A DNA stretch of 64,000 bases from Tubulanus polymorphus (lineage: Eukaryota > Animalia > Nemertea): assembly GCF_964204645.1 (NCBI RefSeq), contig NC_134034.1:7166914-7230913 (forward strand). The letters are read 5' to 3'. Positions 51,689-64,000 of this stretch are shown piece by piece. A model generated the notes under the pieces. It saw nothing but the letters and a program-made list of their open reading frames with translations. It ran no database searches and was not told the DNA's origin. Within the stretch, counting starts at the first letter, position 1. Each line of letters opens with the position of its first letter. Both the position numbers and the translations under genes were made by a program.

Positions 51689-53642
51689 CCTATGGTTTTC
51701 ATGGAAACCAGCCGAAAAATGGTAAAATAATGAAAATATCGATGTTAGATCAAATATTATGATGTAGAAAGGGGATACAATAACTAGTTATCAATATTTT
51801 ATGTTTGCCCTAAGTTTTTCTAGGAATATCTATTATTATGTAGATTATTATTATTAGGTTTCCATGGTAACGGCAAGAAAAAATGTGAAATATTGAGAAA
51901 TATTGATATGATTTCATATGAAATTATTTTTTTCACTACATAATTTTTGAAATGAATAAACATGATTATCAAGGCCTGTCAGTTAGGTCTATAGCCATAG
52001 GCTCCTATTGCAAATTGATTTAAATATACCAATGTTATATATTATTTGCTAGATGGATTTTAGTTAAGAAAAGCAGAAAATTAGGCTTGGCCTAGCTCAA
52101 AACGCTGAAATTTGAAATATATTCATGATATCATAATAAAATCAATCAGTTTAGAAACATAAACCAAGCAATAGTAATAATACTACTAATAATAACTAAA
52201 TGATAATCCATTTGTTTTGTTTTGAGCTAAATTTCAACAATATTTTATATATATTTCAATTTTGCTGCTTTTGGAAAATCCCCTCAGGAATCACGCGCCT
52301 CTATTTTTGCCCGTCACAAGCCTCAATTCATCCCATTAGACGCCTCCCTCTTTCAACAGCCGCTTTACCGACGGGAGCGTAGTGGCGATCCGCGCGCCAA
52401 AAAAAAATTTTTTGTCGATCATTTCGCTAAATCTGTCCTAATATTCAGAAATATAGTGATGAATAATTATGAATCGGAAAATAAATACAATAATTCACCG
52501 CTAGACCGATGAATAATTGTTGAATATTGATCTCATCACGAGCAGCGCTGCGCGTCGTCATTCAATAACAAGTGCCGGCCGCCATTTTGTATCGCTCGCT
52601 TCAACGCAAAACTTAGACATTGAATTTTCCGGCAGCGATCGCTCAGCCCCGACACGAAATAAAATCATGCGGTCTTCAGTATTTGAATTTTAAGATCCTA
52701 AACCTTCCGATTCCTGATGATTCGTCGCTTATTCCGGGTCCTAAGCTGACGAATTTTGCTCTTGAAAAAGGGTATATTTCGATTTCTATTTTCTTCGTCT
52801 AAAATGCGGATTTATACACTAAACCAACCCCCAAGTGATAAAGATCGATCTTATTGGTTGATTCCAAAAGATTTTAGCTCATTTGCATTGATAGACAGGT
52901 TTTATGAATGATTTTACTACGCGATGTCAAAACGCGTAGTAAAAACGCGCATCACACTTTTCCTAATCAATAATGGTCGTCACAATCGATAGTGGCGCCC
53001 CGCGCGGACATGAACATACCTAGCTATGCGTAAAGTCAATTGAGTAAATCGGCTGTTTATCTGTAGTTGGGGTCGGCAGGTAGACACTTCATGCAATACG
53101 TCGTGAACTGTCGATGTGAGTATTCCCCTGCTGTTTATCTGTGATTGGGGTCGGCAGGTAGACACTACATGCAATACGTCGTGAACTGTAGATTCCGTTA
53201 CTTTTGAACCGTCTATCAAACTGTCGTCGTTTTATATTTATTTTGGTATGAGGAATCGACTGGTACAAATCGTTTTCAAAAATCATATTACAATAAAATT
53301 ATGTTGTTATAATTCTTGATATCGTTTCCAATTGTTTTATTCATGTCTTTTGCTTGCGCCAACCACCGATTTTTAGAGGTTTTAGGCAAAAATCTCAGTG
53401 TAAAACAATGTTGGGCCCAATATTGTTTGCCGACTTGTAATTGAATTTGAGGACTACAACCACATGATGATCTCAAACACAAACAAATTGGTCTCAAAGG
53501 AAATTAAAAGAAAAAACTTTATTATTTACAAATGAAAACGTCTATGTTAGGTTTCACTAATATCGTATCATCGGTTTCAATAATCGCGTAGGGGTAGCCA
53601 AGAAATTGGGCTTCAATTTTCGGAAGCCATTTCAATGTTGTT

Positions 53643-54680
53643 CTAAACGGCGTATTGATCAGCGATATCGGCCAATAGCGTGTGAAATATATCACCATTT
53701 CCAGTGCCAATTCGGTATCTGTACATGTATTCATCTAAGTATAATGGCAACATGTTCGGAATGCAACCGTGTCTTTCCTTAATTTTCCCTTTCACACTAC
53801 CCCATATTCCTTCGATGGTGTTGGTACACACCCCGTCAGCGCTTTTGAATTCTTTCGAATGGTTCACAGTTCCGTGCCGATATCCACATCTCTCTAAACA
53901 CCATTATGCACTCCACATGTCCGAATACACCGTCGCACAAGTTTCAACTACCTCTCGAATTATTGGCACCAACGTATCGGATGAACGACATGGAACGACT
54001 CGTAAAAACAGATTACGTGTACCAGGTTGACACAATCCAAAAATCCAATTTCGCTGTTTGCTGATTCCCCTGTGAGCCTTTGCTTTTTTTCCGAATAGGC
54101 TCTCGTCGATTTCCACAATTCCATCTACCACATTTCCACCCATGCGCGTGGGTTTCTTCATTAGGGCTGCCGACATGATTTCTTGTAGAAAATGGTAATG
54201 GTCCATTACGGCTTTCGCGTTGATATTTGGTTCCAATTTTTGCAACTCATACTGTTGCAAATCGATGCCGAATGAATATATGATTAACAGCAACGTCTGG
54301 AGTTTCAGTTTTGACCTTGAAAAGTATGATCCATTTCGGATTGATTTCGTACACTGGCATAACCGGCAATACCAAGCAACCCCGTCTGATATGTTTTGGC
54401 GTGGCGTCAACTTCATGGCCACATTGCATGTCTGGAAAATATAATAATCGTCAACGTAAAAAGCCTACTTAAAACATAAATATGCTGAATGAAAATGATC
54501 ACCGAACACTATACGGTATCTTACTGTACGTACCTCACACATTAACTCTGTGGCTAAAAGTCTTTGCGACATTAAATATTGTTGACATTTTACATCAGAA
54601 ATTAGCGCCTCATTGATGAAACTAATAATTCCAGGTGCAGGCCTTTGCGGCCCTAACGCAACCACATCGCCAGTCGCCAT
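53643..54680 (-). pseudogene. Merlin/IS1595-family DDE transposase, two exons (54680-54534, 54431-53643), one in-frame stop
   Basis: VEIDESLFG, YSDMWSA*(Y), VNHSKEF, TNTIEGIWG, YLDEYMYR. A phase-0 GT-AG intron at 54533-54432 joins the zinc ribbon C-E-T-C. Confidence 0.92.
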
Positions 54681-55009
54681 GATCGCTCAACTTTACAACT
54701 ACGTGCGTGGTGTCACCAGAATGTCACAATTTATAGGCCTACGTTTAGTTTACCAGTCACATCGGAGTAGTCGAAATTTCACTCACCTGACATGACACTA
54801 CATCCACTATTCAATATTTCTTGACATGTCACACACTACTTAATGCAACAATATGTTTTCTAATTTTTTAACCTATGGGGGGACATAAATCAACAAAAGC
54901 ATCGATGTCGCTGGACTACGAATGAAGTAGTTCATTTAACGCGATGACGCGTGTCAATTACATTTCCCGCGCTGCGTTCATTCATTTCTACTCACAATAC
55001 GGCGGTACT

Positions 55010-58000
55010 CAGGGATGATAATTTTCCGCCGATCGGCGGATTTCCGCCTTTTCAATCAATTTTTATCATTTCTCAGATCAATGCATATCCGTTGAAAAAA
55101 TGGGGTGGGGGTTAGGACGATGACTGTGGTTTTCCAGCATTGTAAGGATAGATTGGCATGACCATAAAATCGTTTCCCGATCTATTTTTAAATGCGATCA
55201 TTTAGCGGCATTTGTATACTAACAAAGTTTTCTCTGTCGGTTGGCGAGCGCGTGTCTGGATATATGTATATACATGTATCTACATTATTGATTTTTCACC
55301 GAGCGGTGGTCGTTTTTAATAGTACATGCTTGTGTTTTAAACACGTGTGCGTAGTGTGAAATTGCGATATAGAATCATGTGGAAAATTGTTGAGAGAGTT
55401 GGGACGATTGACCCCAGGACAATCGACCAAAAAGAATTTAAAAAAAACCTATGGAAGTGGGATTGGCTGGAGAAAATGGTTGATGGGATTCCTCTCGCTG
55501 ACTTCGTGAGGAAGATAGACATACCGGGGAAAGCTTATTGTCTCTGGTGCCAAACAGAAATAAAATACGGAAGTAAGGGTCGAATTGCGCTTGAAAACCA
55601 CGCTAAAACTCAGAAACACGTTGACATCGTCAAAGAACGGAGATCTAATTACGTACTTCCAGGTAAGTAGGCCTACGTTCACATGCCACACAGGTTAATA
55701 TTTGTAAATAAAATTAGACGATTTTCAAGTTTTTCTTAAATTGTAAAATCAAACCGAATAAAGAACTAGAATTTGCATTCACTTTCAGGTAGTTCGGGAG
55801 CCGATGTTGGTCGATCTTACGGGATCTGCCCAATATTCCAAAATCCAAATAATGAACAACAGGCCGTTACGACGACCGCTAAACCTAAAGTCCCAATATC
55901 GGACCGGGTCGTAAGCCAGGAGGCTTTAGTTCTTTCATATATTGCTGAAAACTCATTGCCGTTTTCTCAGTCTCCAAAATTGATTGAGTTGGCAAAAGCA
56001 CTTGCCATGGATCGGGCAGCATTAAGCAAATTGTCTATGGGTCGTTTAGCGGCTTCATATAAGATGCGACTGGGTCTGGCGCAAACCACCGAAGAACAGT
56101 TAGTGGATGAACTCAGAAATACGTTCTATTCACTAAACATCGATGAGGCTACAAGCCAATCCACAAAAAAAGTTCTGTCGATCCTTGTCAGTTACTTTAG
56201 TGAGAAGGAGAGACAAGTTGTTGTCAGACATTTGGCCTCATGTAATCTTATTTCTACCACTAGCGCATCTGTTTATAGTGCTTTGGTTGAGGTTTTCCAG
56301 CAGCGTGATTTAGATTATAACCGATTAATGTCTGTCCTCCTCGACAGCTGTAACGTCATGAGAGGTAGTAAAACTGGCTTGGAGAAGTTAATAAAGGATA
56401 ATTTGGCCCAGCATTTGCTTGACATCGACGGTGATTCGATACATCACACTCACAACGCCGCGAAACATTTCACAAAAGAATTTGATGGATTCATAGAGAA
56501 ATTGATAACCGATATTGCAAGTGATTTGCATTTTTCTAAGGACGTAGAAAACTGGCTCCAAATTATCCTTGATCTCTTAGGCATTGGGTTTTCGATGCCC
56601 GAGCGGTACGTCGGAACCCGATGGCTATCGGTCCATGATGCGGCGTCAGACCTTATTCGCAAAATCGATGGATATACTCTGCTGTACTATGGATTTATAC
56701 AGAAAGACAAAATCGTGTATTTGGCTCTATGTGTTGACATATATCGCAAATTTAACTTGTCTGAACCCACGAAAGATGAGATCAAAAAAATCTATGTTGC
56801 TGCTGCCGCCAAATGGAAAAATCTGACAGCGGAAGGAAAAGAAAGAAAGCTACGAATTATCGATAAACTCATCATTCAGCGTAAAAAGCTTAAGCTTTAT
56901 GTGCATTTTTACACGGCGGTATTGCCAGTTCTAAAAAGATATGTACTCTTATTCCAAACTGTTGAAGAGCCATGTGTCCACAAGCTCAATGATGAGCAAT
57001 GTCAATTATTCAGGGATTTCATTTCCCTTTGTGTTAAACCATCTGCAATTCCTGAATCGGATCGAAAGTTGTCTTCTCTGATAATCTCAGAAAACCTCCT
57101 GCCAACCACTGAGATGTTCATAGGCGAATCTGCATCCCAAATAATTGCGGGGGAAAATAAATCATCCCAGTTTGTCAAAGACTTTCATGATCGTGTCGAG
57201 AGGGCCTATCTCAATACCGCCCAGTACCTCGCTAAAAAAATGCCTATCGACAATAAACTTCTCCGGTATATCTCGGCAATAGACCCAAAATGCCAGCGAC
57301 ATGAAACGGCACTGAAATATATGAAAAAACTCCCACAATTAGTCGTCAATGTTCTGGCTAATGAAACGGAGATCAACTGTTATAAATTAGAAGTGCATAA
57401 ATTCCACTCGGATTCCAGTCTGCCAGCAGCAGTTGATAAAGATGGAAAGCAAGTTAGAATCGATTCCTGGTGGGCTGCTGTACATGATTTGGGCAAATAT
57501 CCATACCTCTGTCGCATGGTATTTGCTTTACTTAGCTGTTTCAGTTGCCCAGTTGTCGAGAGCTCGTTTAGCATTATGGGCGAAATTCTGAACAGCACAA
57601 CCAATAGACTTCATGTCAAATCTTTCAGCGCAATCCAGAGTGTGAAATACGGATTAGGCAAAACGTCAGCTGTAGACTTTTTCAAAAGAGAAGATATTCT
57701 TCATGACCCTGTGTGTCCAAATCTCGTTAAAAATATGAACACTGCAGCTAAACGATACAAGGATGAATTGCAGGGTGAAAAAGATAAGAAAGCGGCTCGT
57801 ATGGAGGAACTTCAGGCTAAAGAGGTTAAGAAAGTTTCAAAACGCAAAGCCCGCGAACAGTGCATCTCAGCTGCAAAGAAAGCCCGAGAGGCACATGTAT
57901 CTGCTATGCGTGCAAAACAACGACAAGCTAAAAGACATAAGCAGATGGAACTTGTAAGACTATTAAAAAAGAAGTAATCTCTGGCTTGTCCACTATTGGA

Positions 58001-58585
58001 AAAACATTTATGTGTTTTGTTAAATAAAATGATGCCGACTGACTGTACTGACTATGTACATGTAGTATGTTTAGATTGGTAATGATGTGTACATGTGTTT
58101 TATAGAATATTTTTCCAAACCTTACTTCGTTAGAAAATTCATAAGATAACCCACTGTTCTATTTAAGTTTTTTTTATGGAAATCTAGCTTGTTGTGATAT
58201 CAGTTTATTAAAAATTAGTGCTTTAATGATGCATGCTGGAAAATAAAGTCTAATTCAATTATCTATTGCGTGGGCAAGTGATCGTCGCTTTCAAGAAGAT
58301 TGATCAATGTGGGATTCGAACCTACTAGTTACATTATAGTTGTCTCTGCATCAATTATGTCCCTGCCGTCTTGGAACTAGCAGTGTGTTGTGTAAAACAT
58401 GGACGATGTTGTTTGATTTTTTGGCTTTGCTGAGTGAAATTTCAATCGGAAAACTGCTGAAAAACGATCTGAGATGATGTGAAAATCAAAAATTTTCTGG
58501 GGGAGGGCCCCCAGACCCCCCGTAATTACTTCGCGCCTACGGCGCTCGTTTCCGCCTTTTCAATAATGGTCTGTTATCATCCCTG
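55010..58585 (+). mobile_element. Apparently intact autonomous hAT-superfamily transposon, TIR CAGGGATGATAA, 6-bp TSD GGTACT
   Basis: 12-bp TIRs; GGTACT at 55004-55009 and 58586-58591; single spliced transposase; subterminal GGGGGAGGGCCCCCAGACCCCCC motif. Confidence 0.9.
55377..57977 (+). CDS. hAT transposase, 824 aa, exons 55377-55662 and 55789-57977
   Basis: N-terminal zinc finger CLWC...H....H; IDEAT, LDSCNVMRG, DSIHHTHN, TRWLS, DSWW, VESSFS motifs; the phase-1 GT-AG intron restores the frame. Confidence 0.9.
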
Positions 58586-59036
58586 GGTACTACTGGAAAA
58601 CAATCATTTCGCTGCCATCGCACTAATGAAGGTCGAGTGACCACGATGAGCGACCGAAACAAGCCCAATAAAGCGCCTAGTAAAGGCGATTCTTTTTTTA
58701 TTGCTAATGTTAATTTGGATAATTCCATTGAAATGAATGTTTGTGATTTCATCTAATTGTAGTCGATATAGCGCTTTCAAACTGAGTAATGCTTCGTTTT
58801 GTTGGTTTTGCATTACGTCGTTTGGATCTTGGTTTCTCTGTTCAACGTCCTGACAGCACGGCTTTTCAGGTGTTTCCTTTTCGATATTTCGGGTCTTTGT
58901 AAACGTGCCACTCTGAACACATATCAAAATGCTTTCTAAACAAATTCACTCATGGCATCAAAACTGAGTACTTATGTCAATCCCTACGTATATATAAACC
59001 ACAACAAATCACACACACGCTGATATCGCTAACGTC

Positions 59037-61035
59037 ATGTCTACAAAACATTTCGACCGCCAGAGTTTAAAGAAGATATACAAGACGGCATATTCTGTGA
59101 AAGTTCAATGGGATGAAATATTATCGCCGGAATTATTCGCTTGGACATCGATCCTGCATAAAGCGTTCAACATACCCATTGACATCATAATGATCAGCTC
59201 TGGTCAATGGCAGCCGCCCTAGCAGGACCGACGACAACAATTAACGCCGGAACATATTCCTCAACTCTGAACTTGTATCTGATCACCGTGTGCGATCCTG
59301 GTGGTTGGAAATCCATGGCCTATCAAAAAATTGTCATGCCTGGCCTTCGCCAATATACCGCTGATACGACAAACAATTTGCAACTGGAAACATATTCGAC
59401 AGCCGGAATTCAGCACCATCAATCGAAAAACAAAGGCTACGGCCTAATTATAAGTGATGAAGGCAGCCGGTTATTGCAGCAGATTAATAATAAACAGCAC
59501 AAAGGTGAATCGGAAAGAAGCCTTCTGTGCAAAATGTGGGGCGGTATCGGCGATGCCAGTACATTATCAACTGGGAGCGTGGTTTTGAGAAAACTGCACT
59601 CGGAATGCACATTTTAGTCCAAGTCGAACCGCTAATTAATGAACTAGGCGCGATGTTTAGTACGAATGATGGGTTCATCGACCGATTACTGTTTTTCGTT
59701 ACGAAACCGAAAGCGTATACGTCTGCAGTCAATAAACAACATGTAACACAGCTGCGTGATCATCGAATCTCAGACGTGGAAAAAATATTCAAACACATCT
59801 ATGATATCCATAAAGATGCGGACATACAGTATATATTGGATGAGGAGGCCACAGCTCAATTCGACACAATCACAGATACCTACATATCGTTCATTAACGA
59901 CCAATATGCTACTGATTCCGAAAACGGTAAATATACATATCTGTCAATATACATATATGAACATTGATTCTTCTCACTACGCCCATGTCATTTCTAATTC
60001 ATTGAGTGTATCGATTTTAGTAGTGTTAATGGATAGATGGCGACTTTGTATTACTGGACATCAGCATGCATAAGCATTTTGTTATTATCTTCATTTCAGA
60101 AAACGAAGCTACCGAAAGTCAATATCTGACGATTTCTCAAGCTTACGAAAATGAGCCCATGCACACGTCATCCAAACATATGGTACACGTTTTAAGACTG
60201 GCCGCTACGATTCACATTCTGGAGTATGTTTTTAACTGTCTTGATCAAGAAAGGCCGATTCAAATTCCAGTCACGATCAACGTACAACACCTGCAAGCCG
60301 CCAACAAGCTCCTGCATGTGATCAACCAACAGAAAACCATATTTCTCGATGTAAGTATCAATTAGGCCTGTTTCCATATGTAACAGTTCGCACATTATAT
60401 TCGAAATCACTATAATAACGAGGTACCTTTATCATTTCTTTCAATAATGTTACTGCGTCGTCATTTCACTTCATTGTAATTTGAATTATGTTACAGGCAG
60501 TTAATAAGACGCTTCCATCGGCTGCGGAAACGGTTGCTATTGGAACCATAAAGACGCTCCGCCAGAAATTGTTACGGGCAGTGTGTCACCTGGATGGTCC
60601 AATTCTCGAAAATTAGAAGCATTCAGAAGCACATAAAGGGGTCACAATCGCAGCAAATTCAGAGTTAGTCAATTGAAAATTACAGCAAATCACAATTCGC
60701 GTATGTTTATTATGTTTTCATGTATTGTCAACTTAATGTTTGCAGTCGAACTGGAGCAGCTACAGACCGTGGGTTTTGGATATGTGCAAAAACATCGTGT
60801 CGGCAGATTAACGAAGCCAATATTTTTCAAGCCTGCACCTGACTCAATACCTGAACAGTGTCCCTTTCTGAAAGATGCCACAATAGATCACGAGCGCTAC
60901 AAAATAAAATTTTCCACCGTTGAAAGTATGTCCCGGCAACTACTTGACGTCATCAAAGATCATCCGCAGTTCGAACTGATTGAGAATATAGTTTCCGGAC
61001 GTAACACCGGTGATGATGATACTGAACTGGCCTGA
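59037..61035 (+). pseudogene. DUF3987-like AAA+ ATPase/helicase with probable C-terminal winged helix; four exons, several frameshifts
   Basis: Walker A VCDPGGWKS (likely G>W), Walker B IISDEG, DGFIDRLL Arg-finger region. GT-AG introns at 59927-60099, 60351-60496 and ~60664-60745. Confidence 0.72.
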
Positions 61036-61479
61036 ACAGAATGTATTCATTCCGTTATCGTAATGAATATATTTTGTGCACCAACATTCATTTATCGGGT
61101 TTTTAATCGGCTCGTTTTACTCTGTGCAGTCCTTGAGAATTATGTTGGCATATATATCTCATTTCATTTTTGTTCATCGCTTTAAAGGGAAACCTGGACA
61201 CGATCTGTGGATACAAATACGCTTTTCCTTGTTTATGTAATGCACTGTCTGTGGACATGATAGCAGTTGATGATATCGTTCACGCATTAAAAAACTTAGT
61301 TAACGTGGTTATAATTGAGGCCATGGAAAGATCGCGCAGTACAGGATAGTCTTCGATATATCGCTGAAAACCCCCGATCCGTTCTCTTTCGTAAGGATCC
61401 ATCTAACTGTCCACCTGTCGCACCCATCCCTTACCGATTGTCTATCTGTTCACTCACAGAGACCTACTGTGTAATCGTC

Positions 61480-61955
61480 TCGTGTCCACTGACTGTCTCC
61501 TGTCCACCTGTCTACCTGAATGTCTCTCTTGTGTTAACCTGGCCGGAGACCTGACTGTTTCTGTCTCCTGTACACCTGTCTACCTGGTGAACTGACTGTG
61601 TTTCTGTCTTCTGTTGACCTGAATAACCGGAGACCTGACTGTTTCTGTCTCCTGTCCACCTGTCTACCTGGAGAGATGACTGTGTTTCTGTCTTCTGTTG
61701 ACCTGACTACCCGCAGACCTGACTGTCTCTGTCTCCTGTCCACCTGTCTACCTGGAGACCTGACCGTCTTCTGTTGACCCGTCTAATCGGAGACCTGACT
61801 GTCTCTGTCTCCTGTCTACCTGGAGACCTGACTGTCTCTCTGTCTTCTGATGATTTGTCTACCCGGAGACCTGACTCTTTCTGTCTCCTGTCTACCTGGA
61901 GACCCGACTGTCTCTCTGTCCTCTGTTAACCTGTCCATTTGTCAACCCGGAGACT
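61480..61955. repeat. Subterminal tandem repeats of the Merlin element (GGAGACCTGACTGTCTCTGTCTCCTGTCCACCTGTCTACCT variants)
   Basis: Directly visible, just inside the right TIR. Confidence 0.85.
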
Positions 61956-62379
61956 CCCCAATTTACAACAAACGCATCTGTTATGTCTTTGCGCATTAAT
62001 TTCGTACTATTTTCGACGTATATCGGACTTGGGCCAAAAGCCTTAATAGGACCAGCAGAAATGACTTGCGGTCGACCTATCTATATACAGGCTAAATCAT
62101 CATTTTTTAATGGCAGTGGATATTTTACAGCTGAGTATTTGTTGACGCTATTGCACTTTCGTACCCCCTCCCAAAAATTTTTATTTCTGTATATTATTAA
62201 TCAGGGAGGTCTTAAGAGTCAAAATAAATTACTTTTGACAAAATTATAATTTTTTCCAAGTCAAAATTCTGATAATTTGGGGGCCAATTTCCTCGATTCA
62301 AACCGAAGGGTCGGCCATGTTTCCGCACTAATTACCACCTAGAAACATCTGATTAAAATTGAAAATTAATAATTAAAAA

Positions 62380-62690
62380 CAAGCAAGTACCCCTTAAAAA
62401 CCTCCTGGAACAATTGAACCCTGATATTGTCATAGGCACTGAAACGTGGACGGACGCAACTATAACTGATAATCAAATCTTCCCAGATACATATAAATTG
62501 TATAGAAAAGATCGGACGCACAAGGGAGGAGGCGGTGTACTCATAGCTGTCAAGAGAAATTTAGAACAGGCACCTGTACCAAAGCTCTCTACAAACTGTG
62601 AAATGGTCTGGTGTAAGATCACTACAAAGAGAATACGACACCTTTACATCGGTTCATACTATAACCCAATCACCAGTGATAGTGAGTCAT
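62380..62690 (+). pseudogene. LINE apurinic-like endonuclease (EEP) fragment
   Basis: PDIVIGTETW...YKLYRKDRTHKGGGGVLIAVK...IGSYYNP; cut by the Penelope insertion. Confidence 0.85.
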
Positions 62691-64000
62691 GAGGAGAGAA
62701 TCCCACAATGATAATAAAAAGTCCGAAAATGAAACTTCGAGATAGTAGTTTATTTCAACGTTTCGACTATATCCTAATAGTCATCTTCAGGAATAATGAG
62801 ATACTACAGAAATTATGAGATATATATACAATCCAGAGACAAAGAGACTAATTCAAATAATCAGAGATGATACAAACTAAAGGAAAATTAACGTAGAAAC
62901 AGTTACACGCTAAAATGGATTAAAGGGAAGCAAACTAAGGGGTGATTATAAACAACAATAGTGAGTATAAATATAAATGAAACTTAAAGTCAGTAGTAAA
63001 AAGAAAGACAAACTAGGGGGCACTTAAATTAAAACAAAGGTGAATACAAGTTAAGTCAGAGACGAAATTGATGAGAGAACAAATAACAAATAATCAAAGG
63101 GGAAATCAAGTGTTGAGTTTAACCAAAGACAAATTTACTATGTTTTCGGTGTTGCTAAATCTAGTCCAAGGGCTGGAATCAATGAGTTTATTCAGTTGGT
63201 TGGTAAGATCCACGGACTTTCTGTGCTGATGACAATTGTTGAATTCAAAAAAGGAGTCCGTCGTACAAATAGAGATAAGGTCGATGATACAATCCGTAGG
63301 AATGCCGAAGTTAATGTTAAGTGATGGTAATCTGCGTTTTAAGAAATCAAGAGTAGGTCCAAGAGGAACATTGGTAAAAAGGGAAGTAACATCAAATGAT
63401 ATAAATTTGTCGCCATATTAACCAATCTCTCAAAAAACTTGCCTACCCCGATTTCCTATTGAAAAAAGCTCTACTTAAAGCTCGTACTACGCATTTTAGA
63501 AATAACAACCTTAGAACTCCTACGTTGGCTACCGATAAACAGCCTATCATTGTACCGTATGTACCTTTCCTCGAGAATTCTAAAGTTTCTCTTCGGTCAC
63601 TAAATAAAAAACTTATCTTTAAATACAATAATAAACTTAGTAACATATTGATTAACAACAAACCGAAAACCGAATCCCTAAACTGTGGAATTTATAAAAT
63701 ACCTTGTAAAGTTTGCGACAAAGTATATATAGGAGAAACAGGTCGGAATCTTAATCAACGCATAAAAGAGCATAAATTAGATGTAAAAAACTTTAAACCT
63801 GAAAGCGGAGTTGCTAGTCATGTTTTTCAGACTTCACACAATTTTGATTTTGCTAATGCTGAATTAATTTACCCTTGCAGCGATAAAACTAGAAGACATA
63901 TTTTGGAATCTGCATTAATTATTGAAAATTCGAACAACGTTGTAAACCTTAACAATGGTTTTTCACCCCATAATAAACTTATATCAAATTCCTCTGTAAA
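62691..64000. mobile_element. Penelope-like retroelement with inverted 5' part (pseudo-LTR and RT fragment on minus, GIY-YIG on plus)
   Basis: Minus 63230-63420 reads KFISFDVTSLFTNVP...FFEFN; plus 63423-64000 reads GIYKIPCKVCDKVYIGETGRNLNQRIKEH...LESALI. Confidence 0.9.
62750..62795 (-). ncRNA. Minimal hammerhead ribozyme motif in the Penelope pseudo-LTR
   Basis: CUGAAGA-U-GACUAU[UAGGAU]AUAGUC-GAAA-CGUU: conserved core, 6-bp stem II, palindromic short stem III. Confidence 0.7.

Larger units (their letters stand above)
49219..62035. mobile_element. Large Merlin (IS1016/IS1595-like) DNA transposon carrying a second gene, with two nested insertions
   Basis: TIRs GGC(T/C)CAAGTCCGATATACGTCGAAA(A)TAGT(G/A)CG; 8-bp TSD AAAAGTCT / AAAAGCCT; Merlin transposase inside. 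Confidence 0.8.

Noticed and set aside
58604-58927. 107-aa ORF between the hAT and the ATPase gene
   Set aside because: Non-ATG start, no motif; probably promoter-region noise, though a third cargo exon cannot be excluded.
53643-61035. Bacterial contamination (IS1595 transposase, DUF3987)
   Set aside because: Both genes have GT-AG introns and sit among LINE, Penelope and hAT elements.

Overview
AT-rich eukaryotic (probably marine invertebrate) genomic DNA made almost entirely of mobile elements. No convincing host gene is present. Bases 1-37180 are a cluster of decayed, rearranged Maverick/Polinton (adintovirus-like) endogenous elements. They encode protein-primed PolB with an EndoVII-like insert, rve integrase with chromodomain, packaging ATPase, major and minor capsid proteins, several small membrane proteins and a giant-virus-type HNH nuclease. 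The cluster consists of a right arm (A, 1-10610) with a triplicated pPolB segment, one element split into left (B, 11911-~17320) and right (C, 22132-~32417) halves by host repeats, and a chimeric segment (D, ~32418-37180). All Maverick ends fold into long hairpins with a conserved frame but different inner sequences. Bases 37180-64000 hold a Bel/Pao remnant, MITEs, satellites, a foldback element, LINE and Penelope fragments (with a hammerhead ribozyme motif) and a 12.8-kb Merlin (IS1595-like) element. The Merlin element is delimited by ~32-bp TIRs and an 8-bp TSD. Besides its transposase it carries a divergently oriented, intron-containing DUF3987-like AAA+ ATPase/helicase gene, and two younger transposons are nested inside it, including an apparently intact hAT with a 6-bp TSD. 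All family assignments come from motif recognition by eye; no database search was run.
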